From: a virus
Lineage: Duplodnaviria; Caudoviricetes
IMG/VR virus record: IMGVR_UViG_3300010052_000003
Coordinates: 1 to 57,296 of that record
Length of the DNA stretch: 57,296 nt
Strand: one strand, 5' to 3'
The notes beneath the pieces are model-generated. The model was given only the letters and a program-made list of their open reading frames with translations. It made no database searches and was not told where the DNA came from. The first letter of the stretch is position 1, and every line of letters begins with the position of its first letter. Of this stretch, positions 26,223 to 35,135 are shown piece after piece. The position numbers and the translations under genes were made by a program.

Positions 26223-26722
26223 GCCGGCACCCCGGTGTTGACGGGCCCGGCCTGGACCCCCGTGTGGACGTGCGTCGAGCCGATGTTCTTGCCGTTGTGC
26301 GTGAGGGTCGTGCTCACGATGGCGATCGCTCCGCCCTCGACGGTGATCGTGGCGTCGCCCTGCTTCAGGACCATCTTGCTCGCGGCCGTGACCTCGAGCC
26401 CCACGTCGGTCATCCGCACCGTGTTTCCGTTGGCGTCGTAGAACTCGGTGCCGCCCTCGGGCAGGTCGCGCGCGCCCCAGTCCGGGCTGTCGATGCCGAA
26501 GATCATCCCGCGGTCGCTCGACTGCCCCATCGTCACCATCAGGGCGTGCGATCCCTTCGGTGGGTTGGAGTTGAAGCCGAATTCCTTCTGCCGGACGACC
26601 TTGAGTTCCTCGCCCTTCAGGCCGGTGACCGTCGCCGTGTGCTGGCTGCCCGTACCGTCGAAGTCCTTCAGGCGCACCCGCCGCACCATTCCGACGATGC
26701 CGGGCCAGATGTCACTCAGCAT
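26219..26722 (-). CDS. Mu gp45-like baseplate spike
   Basis: FGFNSNPP, C-terminal HVHTGV. Confidence 0.88.
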   Translation of the reverse strand: MLSDIWPGIVGMVRRVRLKDFDGTGSQHTATVTGLKGEELKVVRQKEFGFNSNPPKGSHALMVTMGQSSDRGMIFGIDSPDWGARDLPEGGTEFYDANGNTVRMTDVGLEVTAASKMVLKQGDATITVEGGAIAIVSTTLTHNGKNIGSTHVHTGVQAGPVNTGVPA

Positions 26723-27773
26723 CGCTGTCGTCCTGCGTCCAGGAGCCGTCGCTCTTTGCCGTCTTGCCCGCCTTGCCGCCGTAGGCGCGCGGGTCGACCA
26801 GCGTCAGCTGCGAGATCGAGCCGTTGCCGTCCTGCGACCAGGCGACCCGTTCGATCAGCATGTCCTGGCTGACCCGGAGGAAGTCGCTCAGCACGAAGAC
26901 CTTGCGGCCAGGCGTCCAGAGCTCTCCGCCATCGTCGCGCCAGCCCTGCAGGCTGACCTGCGCGGACAGGCTCTTGCCGGCGGCGCGATCGCGCCGGGCC
27001 TTCGCCCTGCCCTTGGCCCGTTCCTTGTCGACGTCCGTCCGTTCGACGATCACCAGCGTCCGCTGGCGCGAGACATTGCTGTCGCGAGCGATGGCCTCGA
27101 CCTCGAGCGCGTCGGGCCCGGTCCCCAGCGGCGCCTGGCCGAGCACGCGGTACTCGCTGAAGCGGCCCGACCAGTTGTGATCGGCCGAGCCCTCGAGCAG
27201 GTTCTGGCCCTGCGCGATCATGCCGGCGTGGCGCTGCGCCTTCTCGGGCGAGTAGAGCGTCACGTTGCCGTCCGCGTCGCCCGCGAGCGTCAGGTTCTGC
27301 TGCCGCGCCAGCCGCTCGACGACCTGGAACACGGTCTCGCCCGGCGTCACCTGGGCGAGCTTGATCGGCTTCAGCGCTCCGACCGCCCGGAAGGTGATGC
27401 CGTGCGCCTTGCCCAGGGTGTTGCCGATGTCGGCGACGGTCTTGTTCTCGAACCGGCCGGTCGGATCGACGGCTGCGCTGTCGACCGCGTCGGCAGCCAG
27501 CGACCGGCCGGTGACGGTGACGGTCGCCGTGTCCTTCGAGATCCGCGGCTGGTAGCGATCCACGTGGCCGATGCAGACGAGGTCGCCATTGGCGCGGATC
27601 TCGACCCGCGTGCCGGCTTTGAACACCCATGCCGTGGCCGCGGCCCCGACCTCGGCCGCGATCTCGAGCCGAAAGCTGCGGGCGGCCTCATCGATCGCCG
27701 CATCCGCGGAGACCGACGTGAAGGCTGTCCAGCGTTGCCCGCCGGCGTCGACGGTGACGAGCTCGGGTCCCAT
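26712..27773 (-). CDS. Mu gp44-like baseplate hub
   Basis: GRSLAADAVDS, PGETVF, RFSEYRV, GWRD..LWTPG. Confidence 0.9.
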   Translation of the reverse strand: MGPELVTVDAGGQRWTAFTSVSADAAIDEAARSFRLEIAAEVGAAATAWVFKAGTRVEIRANGDLVCIGHVDRYQPRISKDTATVTVTGRSLAADAVDSAAVDPTGRFENKTVADIGNTLGKAHGITFRAVGALKPIKLAQVTPGETVFQVVERLARQQNLTLAGDADGNVTLYSPEKAQRHAGMIAQGQNLLEGSADHNWSGRFSEYRVLGQAPLGTGPDALEVEAIARDSNVSRQRTLVIVERTDVDKERAKGRAKARRDRAAGKSLSAQVSLQGWRDDGGELWTPGRKVFVLSDFLRVSQDMLIERVAWSQDGNGSISQLTLVDPRAYGGKAGKTAKSDGSWTQDDSDAE

Positions 27774-28966
27774 CAGGGCGCCAGTGCCTCGAACCGCTGC
27801 GGCATGAACTGCGGATGCGCCGCGCGGTTGCGCGCCACCAGCTCGCCCGCCCGCGTCGGATCCGCATAGAGCCGCCAGGACCACCACAATGCCGGCAGCG
27901 CCCGCGCGGCGGATACGTCGACGACGGGCTTCAGGTCGGTGATCGCCTGCGACAGCCAGGAGATGGTCTGGTCGCGCAGGTTGAGCACGGCGAGCAGCGC
28001 ATCCACGTTCTCGGCCCCGCCGAGGTCGGCGATGGCAATCCCGAACCGCTCGGCCGCGGCGGCGCGCGCCGCGACGCCCTCGCGCCGGCTGCCATAGATC
28101 GCGCGCACGATGGCCTCCGCATAGGCCGCCAGGGCGGCGAGACGGCTCATCCGGTCCACGCGGGCCGCATTGCGCAGGATGGCCGCCTGTGACGGCGTGG
28201 CGGTCACGACGGGTCCTTCGGGAGGCAGAGCATCGGCGAGCTCGCCGAAGGCCGCCATCGCGTCGGCCGGATCCATGCCGTCACCCAATGCCCGGGCGGC
28301 TTCGACGAGCGGCAGTCCCGCCCCCGCGCTGGCCGCGACCAGGTCGGGCACGGCGGCGTAGTAGGTCGTCAGGTCGTCCCGCACCGTGGCCGAGATGTCG
28401 GTGGCGACCGCCCGGGTCCCACGAAGGTCCTCGAGGGTGACCGCCACATTGCGCAGGCCCTCGACGGCGGCGTCGCGCACGGCGCCTGGCAGGCCGGACA
28501 CCTCGAGCCGCGCGCCGATCCGGTCGGCGATCGTCCCGAGCGCGGCCGCCGCCTCGACGACGAGCGCGGCGACAAGGCCGACCCCGACGAGCCCCAGCGC
28601 GGCCCCCTCGCGCACGAAGGTGGCAGAGAAGGCCACGTAGCCCAGCCGGTCGCGCGCATGGTCGCGGCGCCATTCGGTGCACCGAACGGTGACCGGGCCG
28701 ACGTCCGGTAGGACGAGCACGCCTTGCCCGCCGGCGGCGAGGACGGCATCGAGCGCGGAGGCCTGAAGCAGGGCCGAGTCCGACGCGACGTAGCCCTGCA
28801 CGTCGAATGTGCGCAGGCCGCGACCGAGGTCCTCGTGGAACGGCTCGTCTCGCATCGGGAATTCGTGCGAGACGATCCGCCGGCGGCCGGGCGCTGCGTG
28901 GGTCTCGACATAGAAGGGCACGCCCCGGTAGGAGGCGGGCCAGAGCCTGGCGGACCAGTCGACCAT
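27773..28966 (-). CDS. Mu gp43-like DNA circularization/tail protein
   Basis: ASYRGVPFYV, HEFPMRD..EDLG, RNRAAHPQFMP. Confidence 0.9.
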   Translation of the reverse strand: MVDWSARLWPASYRGVPFYVETHAAPGRRRIVSHEFPMRDEPFHEDLGRGLRTFDVQGYVASDSALLQASALDAVLAAGGQGVLVLPDVGPVTVRCTEWRRDHARDRLGYVAFSATFVREGAALGLVGVGLVAALVVEAAAALGTIADRIGARLEVSGLPGAVRDAAVEGLRNVAVTLEDLRGTRAVATDISATVRDDLTTYYAAVPDLVAASAGAGLPLVEAARALGDGMDPADAMAAFGELADALPPEGPVVTATPSQAAILRNAARVDRMSRLAALAAYAEAIVRAIYGSRREGVAARAAAAERFGIAIADLGGAENVDALLAVLNLRDQTISWLSQAITDLKPVVDVSAARALPALWWSWRLYADPTRAGELVARNRAAHPQFMPQRFEALAP

Positions 28967-28967
28967 G

Positions 28968-30863
28968 TCAGTACTGCCCGCGGTTGATCACGTCGGGTGA
29001 GGACTTGCCCGTGCTGCCGACGCCGTTGAGGCTGACACCCGGCATCTGCGCCTTCACCTGTGAGACGATGCGCGCCACCATGTCCGGCGCCGTCTCAACC
29101 TTCACGACGATCTCGGCCGAGCCCGTCATGGCGTTGATGGCACCCTGGATCAGCGGGCCGGCAATGTCTGCGAGCTCACGGCCCGTGGGCGGCGCCTCGC
29201 CATTCCGGGCACGCTCGATCTTCATGTACTCGTCGACCATCTGCAGGATGTTGTTTCCGACACCGCCGCGGATGGTCTCGCGTGCCCCCGGGCTGGTCCG
29301 ATAGATGTGCCCGTACCGCTTGATGGCGTTGTCCATGTAGCCAGCGAGCTGGGCCTCGAGCGCGTTCTCCCGCTCGATCGCCTCGCCGGGCGTCATCCCG
29401 CCAGCGGCCTTCGCCCTTGCGCGACCAGCGAGCTTGGCGAGGTCGTTGCTGTTGTAGCTCCATGTGAGGTCGCCGAGGTCGCGCTCCCCTCGCAAGTGCC
29501 CGGCCTGCGCGCTGAGGCGGGCGCGCATCTGCGCAACGCGAGCGCGCTCTGCCGGATTCCGGGCCCAGAAGACGCGATCCTCCGGGCCCCAGTTCTCGTC
29601 TGCTTCAGATTGCGCCGTCGGAACCGACCCAGGGATCACAATGGGACTGTTGGTGGGCACCCCCTCGCCCTGCGACAGCGCCCGAGACAGCCCATCGAGG
29701 ATCGGCACGACGCCAGGCGCAATCGCTCCACCGAGCTTCGTCACGAAGATGTCCCAGCTGGTGGACAGCCGATCGATGTTGGCGCGGCTGTCGTCGAGGA
29801 CCCGGTTGAAGTCCTTCATCGTCGAACCATCGACGTTGCGCAGCTGTGCCCGGAACTCGCGGAAATTGCCCGTGAACTGCAGCAGGGCCGTCGCGGCTCG
29901 GCGGATCTCCTGATCACTAAAGAGCTCGTTGAGCTTCGACAGGTCGCCCTTGGTCGCCTTCTGGAGCATCTCGACGATGACGTCGAGCAGATCTCGCCCC
30001 TGTTTGCGCGCATCGGCGAGCGTCTTGCGGGTGTCGATGCCCAGCTTCTGGAACCGCTTGAAAGTCTCGTCGGACGTCATCTTGCCGAAGAGGTCCTTCA
30101 CGGCCGTCGCCGCCTCTTCCGACGTTCCTGACGCCTTCCGCACCGTCTGCAGCAGCGCCACCAGGTTGCGGAGCCCCTCCTCGCCCTTGAGCCCGAAGGC
30201 GGACGCCTGGGCCGCCAGCGACGGCAGATAACGGGCCATGTCTTTGAGCTCGAACTGGCCGAGCTTGCCGCCGGTGACGATGATGTCGAAGGCGCCCTGC
30301 ATGTCCTTGCTGGCAATCTTGAACTGGTCGCCGATCGCCCCCGCGGACCGAGCGACTTCATCGAGCGCAGCGCCGGAGGCCTGCGCCGTCGGTGCGACGG
30401 AGCGCAGCAGGTCGAGCGATTCCGCGAGCGTCCTGCCTTGCGCCACCAGGGCATCGAGGCCTGCGACCACCTGGTCGATCGGCTGGGCCGTGTCGCGGGC
30501 CAGCCGCTGCACCTGGTCGGTGGCTGCCTTCGTCTCCGCCGCAGTCGCATCAGCCGTGATGCCGATGCGCGTCATCGCTCGCTCCACGTCGGCGAACCGC
30601 GTGATGGCCTCGCGCGCGGCATAGGCCGTCGCCGCCGGCGCGATGACGCGGGACAATAGCCCTCCACCGATCGCGAAGGATCCCGCCGCACCGCCAGCCG
30701 CCCTGGTGGCCTTCTCTCCGACCGAGCCGGGCCCGACCGCGCCGCCGGCGCGCTTCGCCGCCTCCGACAGGCGGTTCATCTTCTGCGTGATCGCAGCCAG
30801 CGCCGGGCCGGTTGCGTCGGTCGCCGAGATGACCAGGCGGGCTTCCATGCTGGAGCTGGACAT
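28968..30863 (-). CDS. tail tape measure protein
   Basis: GKLGQFELKDMARYLP; Ala-rich helical; position after the chaperone. Confidence 0.9.
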   Translation of the reverse strand: MSSSSMEARLVISATDATGPALAAITQKMNRLSEAAKRAGGAVGPGSVGEKATRAAGGAAGSFAIGGGLLSRVIAPAATAYAAREAITRFADVERAMTRIGITADATAAETKAATDQVQRLARDTAQPIDQVVAGLDALVAQGRTLAESLDLLRSVAPTAQASGAALDEVARSAGAIGDQFKIASKDMQGAFDIIVTGGKLGQFELKDMARYLPSLAAQASAFGLKGEEGLRNLVALLQTVRKASGTSEEAATAVKDLFGKMTSDETFKRFQKLGIDTRKTLADARKQGRDLLDVIVEMLQKATKGDLSKLNELFSDQEIRRAATALLQFTGNFREFRAQLRNVDGSTMKDFNRVLDDSRANIDRLSTSWDIFVTKLGGAIAPGVVPILDGLSRALSQGEGVPTNSPIVIPGSVPTAQSEADENWGPEDRVFWARNPAERARVAQMRARLSAQAGHLRGERDLGDLTWSYNSNDLAKLAGRARAKAAGGMTPGEAIERENALEAQLAGYMDNAIKRYGHIYRTSPGARETIRGGVGNNILQMVDEYMKIERARNGEAPPTGRELADIAGPLIQGAINAMTGSAEIVVKVETAPDMVARIVSQVKAQMPGVSLNGVGSTGKSSPDVINRGQY

Positions 30864-31002
30864 GGCTGGATCCGTCAGGGGTTGCGCCGGCGCTTGCGTG
30901 CCGCGTGCTCATTGGCCAGCACGGCCCACCGGCAGCATTCGGCGAAGGTCATTCCGGAGACGTCTGCGGACGGGATCTTGAGCTCGAAGACGAGGTCCGC
31001 GA

Positions 31003-31320
31003 TCAGGCGGCGCCAGAGGCCCTTCTGCGCTCCCGTGCCGCCCGGAAAAAACCCACGATCGCGTCCTCGAGCGCCATCATGTCGAGGAGCGACATCTTGC
31101 CGACCTCGCCATCCGACAGTCCCGTGAGGACCGAGGCATAGGCCCGGACGGCCATCCGGTTCACGCTGCGCACGAACACGCCGCCACCGGCCTGGGCGTA
31201 CTCCTCGGGGTCACCATGGGCGAGGTACTCCCCGCCCGTCGGCGCGCGGACGGTGAGGCTGCGGATCTCGCCGTCGTGGCCCTTGATCGGTTCCTCGAGA
31301 TCCACCTGCACCGACGACAT
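31003..31320 (-). CDS. tail assembly chaperone, with -1 frameshift product extending to 30875
   Basis: LTVRAPT, VGKMSLLD..GFF; slippery GGGTTTTTTC at 31045-31054. Confidence 0.85.
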   Translation of the reverse strand: MSSVQVDLEEPIKGHDGEIRSLTVRAPTGGEYLAHGDPEEYAQAGGGVFVRSVNRMAVRAYASVLTGLSDGEVGKMSLLDMMALEDAIVGFFRAARERRRASGAA

Positions 31321-31685
31321 CAGGCGGTCGCCTTCTGGTAGCCGTCGGCGAGGATCGTCAGGCCTGTGACCTCACCGGTGATCTCGTCGATCTGTGCGTC
31401 GCCCATGAACTTGGCGCTGATCCAGACGTGCACGAAGCCGGTGCGATCCTGGATGAGCGAGAAACGCTGGGGGGCGGCCTTGATCAGCGCGTCCCAGTCG
31501 ATGCCGTCGCCGTTCTCGAAGGTCAGCTCGGCCCGATAGCCCATCGGGCGGAACGACCGGGACGTGGTGTTGTCCTGGTTGACGATCCCCTCCGACGACA
31601 TGTTCGACGGCATCGTTCGGACGTTGCCGCGCACGGTGATGGGCCGTCCGGAGACGTTGAACTTCATCTCGCCACCGAAATCCAT
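31320..31685 (-). CDS. tail tube protein
   Basis: 121 aa directly after the sheath; TGEVTGL. Confidence 0.8.
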   Translation of the reverse strand: MDFGGEMKFNVSGRPITVRGNVRTMPSNMSSEGIVNQDNTTSRSFRPMGYRAELTFENGDGIDWDALIKAAPQRFSLIQDRTGFVHVWISAKFMGDAQIDEITGEVTGLTILADGYQKATA

Positions 31686-31746
31686 CGGAGCGCTCCTTCA
31701 GCTGTGGGGATGGGTGCGGAGGTCCGGGGCGATGCCGCCCCGGGCG

Positions 31747-33252
31747 TCAGGCCGCGCGATACTGGCTGTAGATCGTCGCGTTGGCCGCGAAGATGTCGAG
31801 CGCGTTGACGGCGTCGATCGGCAGCAGCGCGTTGACCCGGTTGGTGTTCACCGTGTCCCGCTCCACGACGACCCGCTGGGCGAAGCCGAGCTGGTCCTCG
31901 AGGATCCCGCGGGCGACCAGGTCGCCGTAGGCGCCGATCAGGGTGGCCTTGATGTCGCGGACCGTCGTCATCGCCTGCAGGCCCGCCGGGTTGCTGTCGG
32001 CGAGGCTCTTGTTGCCGTGGTCGAAGGCGAGCGCGCTGCGGAAGTACCGCAGTGCGTGCATCAGCTGGTAGAGCCGCTGCACATCGCGGAAAACCGCATC
32101 AGGCTGGGCCGAGGTATTGAGACGGTACGTGGTGACAGACTTGTCGACGGCGACACGGCCGTCGTTGGACACCACCCAGGTCGAGATGCCGTTTCGGTTG
32201 AGCGAGTTGCGGGCGTTGTAGATCGGCCAGGTGGTGCGGTCGCGCGGCGGGCGGATGTTGCCGACACGCCCGGACTGGTTGCGGGATACGTTCCCGGTCA
32301 CGGCGTCGTGGAGCCAGCCCACCTCGATGCCCACCCGGTCCGCGACCCAAAGCCACACCGGGTGCGGAGAGCCGGTGATTCTGCCGATGATCGTGAGGTG
32401 CCGATCGTTGAGCCCCTGCCCCAGCGTGGTCAGCGCGGACGTCGAGCCCGTCTGGCCCGTCCAGACGTGGCCGTAGCTCTGACGCAGCCACGACCAGCGA
32501 CCGTTGGCGTCGTTCAGGAGGGAGGCGTACGCCGTCAGGTTGGTCGCGTCGGAGAACGGCGAGACGATCGTATCGAAGTTGTCATCGGCCAGTGCAGCCA
32601 GGGCGGTCGTGAGCGTCGGGGTGCCGGACGCCGCGGTGCCGTTGGCAATCGTGAGGCGCCCCGAGACGGCGAAGGCGTTCGAAGCCACCTCCACAGGGTT
32701 GTAGACGTCGATCTCCGCCATGATCGCGCCGGCATGCCGGGACGTCAGCGTCACGACCGCGGCGGCCGAGGCGGCCGTCACCGGGAGCATCGCCCCCGTG
32801 AGCTCGTTGAAGTAGGCGTTGATCGCGGCAGCGAGCGCTGTCGCGACGATCGTCGGCGTGTCGCCGGGGTTGATCGTGACCTGGATGCGCTCGCCCATGA
32901 TGTCGACGAAGCCGACGCCGCCGGCGGCGGGCATCGAGGCCAGCGTCATCGTGAAGGTCGGTGCAACACCGGCGGCCGCGACCGCCATGATCCACGTCTC
33001 CTGCGTAGGCGCCATGGCGTTGAACGCGCGGAACATCTCGCGGAGCATCGAGCCAGGACCGGCCAGGGCGTCGGCCTCAGCAAGGGTCGTGCAAAGGATC
33101 GGCGTGTTCTCCGCCATCGTGCCGGCGGCGGTCTTGTGCCCGATCAGCACGGCGCGGCTCGACGGATCGTACTGCCCGCCGCTGTTGACCTCGAAGCCGA
33201 AGAAGGGCGCGGTCAGGCCCGACCCGGGAATGGTGTTGAAGGCGACGGACAT
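31747..33252 (-). CDS. contractile tail sheath (Mu gpL-like)
   Basis: FNTIP, GPGSML, NGRWSW, VTTYR, NRVNALLP. Confidence 0.93.
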   Translation of the reverse strand: MSVAFNTIPGSGLTAPFFGFEVNSGGQYDPSSRAVLIGHKTAAGTMAENTPILCTTLAEADALAGPGSMLREMFRAFNAMAPTQETWIMAVAAAGVAPTFTMTLASMPAAGGVGFVDIMGERIQVTINPGDTPTIVATALAAAINAYFNELTGAMLPVTAASAAAVVTLTSRHAGAIMAEIDVYNPVEVASNAFAVSGRLTIANGTAASGTPTLTTALAALADDNFDTIVSPFSDATNLTAYASLLNDANGRWSWLRQSYGHVWTGQTGSTSALTTLGQGLNDRHLTIIGRITGSPHPVWLWVADRVGIEVGWLHDAVTGNVSRNQSGRVGNIRPPRDRTTWPIYNARNSLNRNGISTWVVSNDGRVAVDKSVTTYRLNTSAQPDAVFRDVQRLYQLMHALRYFRSALAFDHGNKSLADSNPAGLQAMTTVRDIKATLIGAYGDLVARGILEDQLGFAQRVVVERDTVNTNRVNALLPIDAVNALDIFAANATIYSQYRAA

Positions 33253-33281
33253 CGGTCAGCTCCGGCGTCGGTTGATGGGGA

Positions 33282-33482
33282 TCACGGCTTGGACTTCGGC
33301 GCCGGCTTGGCGGCCGGTTCAGGCTCGGGCTCGGACGCCTCGACCAGCGAGCCGTCCCGCAGCAGGAAGAAGTAGAACGGGTCGTCGGCATTCACGTGCC
33401 GCCCCTCCGCGGGGAACACCTGCGCGTTCTCGATCGGGAGGACGTGCGTCGGGTCGGCCAGGCGGGCGAAGATCATGCGCAT
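33282..33482 (-). CDS. small pre-sheath protein (Mu gp38/DUF2635-like)
   Basis: FPAEG..D.FY..LLRDGSLV. Confidence 0.65.
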   Translation of the reverse strand: MRMIFARLADPTHVLPIENAQVFPAEGRHVNADDPFYFFLLRDGSLVEASEPEPEPAAKPAPKSKP

Positions 33483-33491
33483 GGGGAAGCC

Positions 33492-34277
33492 TCAATCGGT
33501 GTCGACGGCGCCGCGGGCGTCGTGGCCAGCCGCTTCGGTGGTCGGGACGCGGTCCATCCCGACGAAAAGGTCGATCCTCTCGAGCGGGATCCGCGACGGA
33601 TCGGCGACGGCTGCCGCGAGGTCCTCGAGGAAGGCGGCCTCCTCGCTTCCGGCCAGCGCCTTTGCCACGCATGCCAGCGGCTCGGGCAGCCGGTCGACGC
33701 CGGTCCTGACGGTGGTCGGCCAGGCGTCCGCCTTCGTCTTGATCTTGAAGCGAACGGTGCGAAGCGCGAGGCGGAGGCCGCCTTCGGCATCGCGCTGCGG
33801 CACGCTCTCGATTGCCTCGATCGCCATGCAGGCGCAGCCCCAGGCCTTCATGCCCGCGTCCGTGTCGACGCCGGAGAGGCGGCGCCGCACGGTGGCCTCG
33901 AGGAAGTCGACCATGGCCTCGAGCTCGCCGTCCGCGACGACGGTTCCAGCCGAGCCGATCGACTTCGTCCCTCCAGCAGCATCGTCGAACGTGAACGCCG
34001 CCTGGCCGGCGACGGCGCACTCGATCACCAGGAAGACCGAAACGTCGCCGGACGGGCGGATGGACTGCGCGGAACCATACGGGGTCTGCTCGTCCTGCTC
34101 GGTGTAGACGAAGAGCGCGGGCCGGCCTTCGATGTCCTTGATGGCGTCGATCGGCATCAGGCGGCTGTCGAAGACCAGGGAACCTGCCGGAGTGGGCCAG
34201 GGCCCCTTCGTGGCGAGCCGCGCCCACGGGCGCAGCGCCTCGATGGCGGCGATCCTGACGGCCATGCGCGCGAACAT
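33492..34277 (-). CDS. tail terminator/neck-like protein
   Basis: LVFDSR..PALFVYTE; position between head and sheath genes. Confidence 0.6.
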   Translation of the reverse strand: MFARMAVRIAAIEALRPWARLATKGPWPTPAGSLVFDSRLMPIDAIKDIEGRPALFVYTEQDEQTPYGSAQSIRPSGDVSVFLVIECAVAGQAAFTFDDAAGGTKSIGSAGTVVADGELEAMVDFLEATVRRRLSGVDTDAGMKAWGCACMAIEAIESVPQRDAEGGLRLALRTVRFKIKTKADAWPTTVRTGVDRLPEPLACVAKALAGSEEAAFLEDLAAAVADPSRIPLERIDLFVGMDRVPTTEAAGHDARGAVDTD

Positions 34278-34278
34278 G

Positions 34279-34668
34279 TCAGACCTTGTTCAGCAGGAGG
34301 TGCAGCCGGCCGGTGTCGTCCGGCTCCGCCTGGTGCACGAGGAACGTCTCGCCGCTCGCGATGCGGGTGGCGAGGTCGCCCTTCTTCACGTCGAGCCGGG
34401 CCGGGGCCCCGACTTCCAGTTTGAACAGGCGCTGGGTCGCGCCGGGCCGGTTGTCGGTCCGTTCGTCCCAGGCCGTCGGCCGATTCTGCTCGCGGTCCTC
34501 TGTCGTGAAGATTGCAACGAGCTCGCGCATGGGCCGCGTCGGGTCTGGCTGCAGGCGGCCGTTCACGTTGGCCGACTGGGCCTGCGGCGTGAACCGCCAG
34601 AGGTCACCGAAGACGGTGTCGTGCACGCGCTGGGCGGCCGCATCGAGCGTGTTGAAGAGCGTGCTCAT
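34279..34668 (-). CDS. head-tail joining protein (gpFII-like)
   Basis: VFGD, KKGD, EPDDTGR..L; position. Confidence 0.7.
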   Translation of the reverse strand: MSTLFNTLDAAAQRVHDTVFGDLWRFTPQAQSANVNGRLQPDPTRPMRELVAIFTTEDREQNRPTAWDERTDNRPGATQRLFKLEVGAPARLDVKKGDLATRIASGETFLVHQAEPDDTGRLHLLLNKV

Positions 34669-34720
34669 GCGGCCCTCCCGAGCGTCCGCCGGCGGATGGT
34701 GGCCGCCGGCGCCTGCTGCG

Positions 34721-35056
34721 CTACGGCATCGGCCCGGCGAGGCGAACGCGCCCGGTGGTGTCTCCGGAAAGTGCGGCCGCGATCGCGTTGCCGATGAAGG
34801 TGTTGCCGGCCGAAGTCGTCGTGACGTTCTTCGCCGCGTTGTCCCAGTAGAGCTTCGCGCCCTCGGTCCAGGCCTGGCCGGTGGCCTTCGGCAGCAGGAA
34901 GCAGCCGGCAACGCGGAACGCGAGGCGATCGCCGGCGGCGCCATTGCCAACGGCAATGCAGAACATCGCGCCGATCAGGTAGCCGAGACCGGACGTGACG
35001 CCGCCGGCGGGCACGGTCAGATCGAGCGCGTCGCCAGGCTGCAGGAAGTTCTTCAT
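34721..35056 (-). CDS. DUF2190 capsid cement protein
   Basis: MKNFLQPGD..VTSG..GCFLLPK..LYWD. Confidence 0.88.
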   Translation of the reverse strand: MKNFLQPGDALDLTVPAGGVTSGLGYLIGAMFCIAVGNGAAGDRLAFRVAGCFLLPKATGQAWTEGAKLYWDNAAKNVTTTSAGNTFIGNAIAAALSGDTTGRVRLAGPMP

Positions 35057-35135
35057 CTGTCATCTCCAGAACGAATTGGTGACGATGGGGGTCGACACCC
35101 GTCGACCCCTTCTCATTCGGACACGGTTCGTGCGA

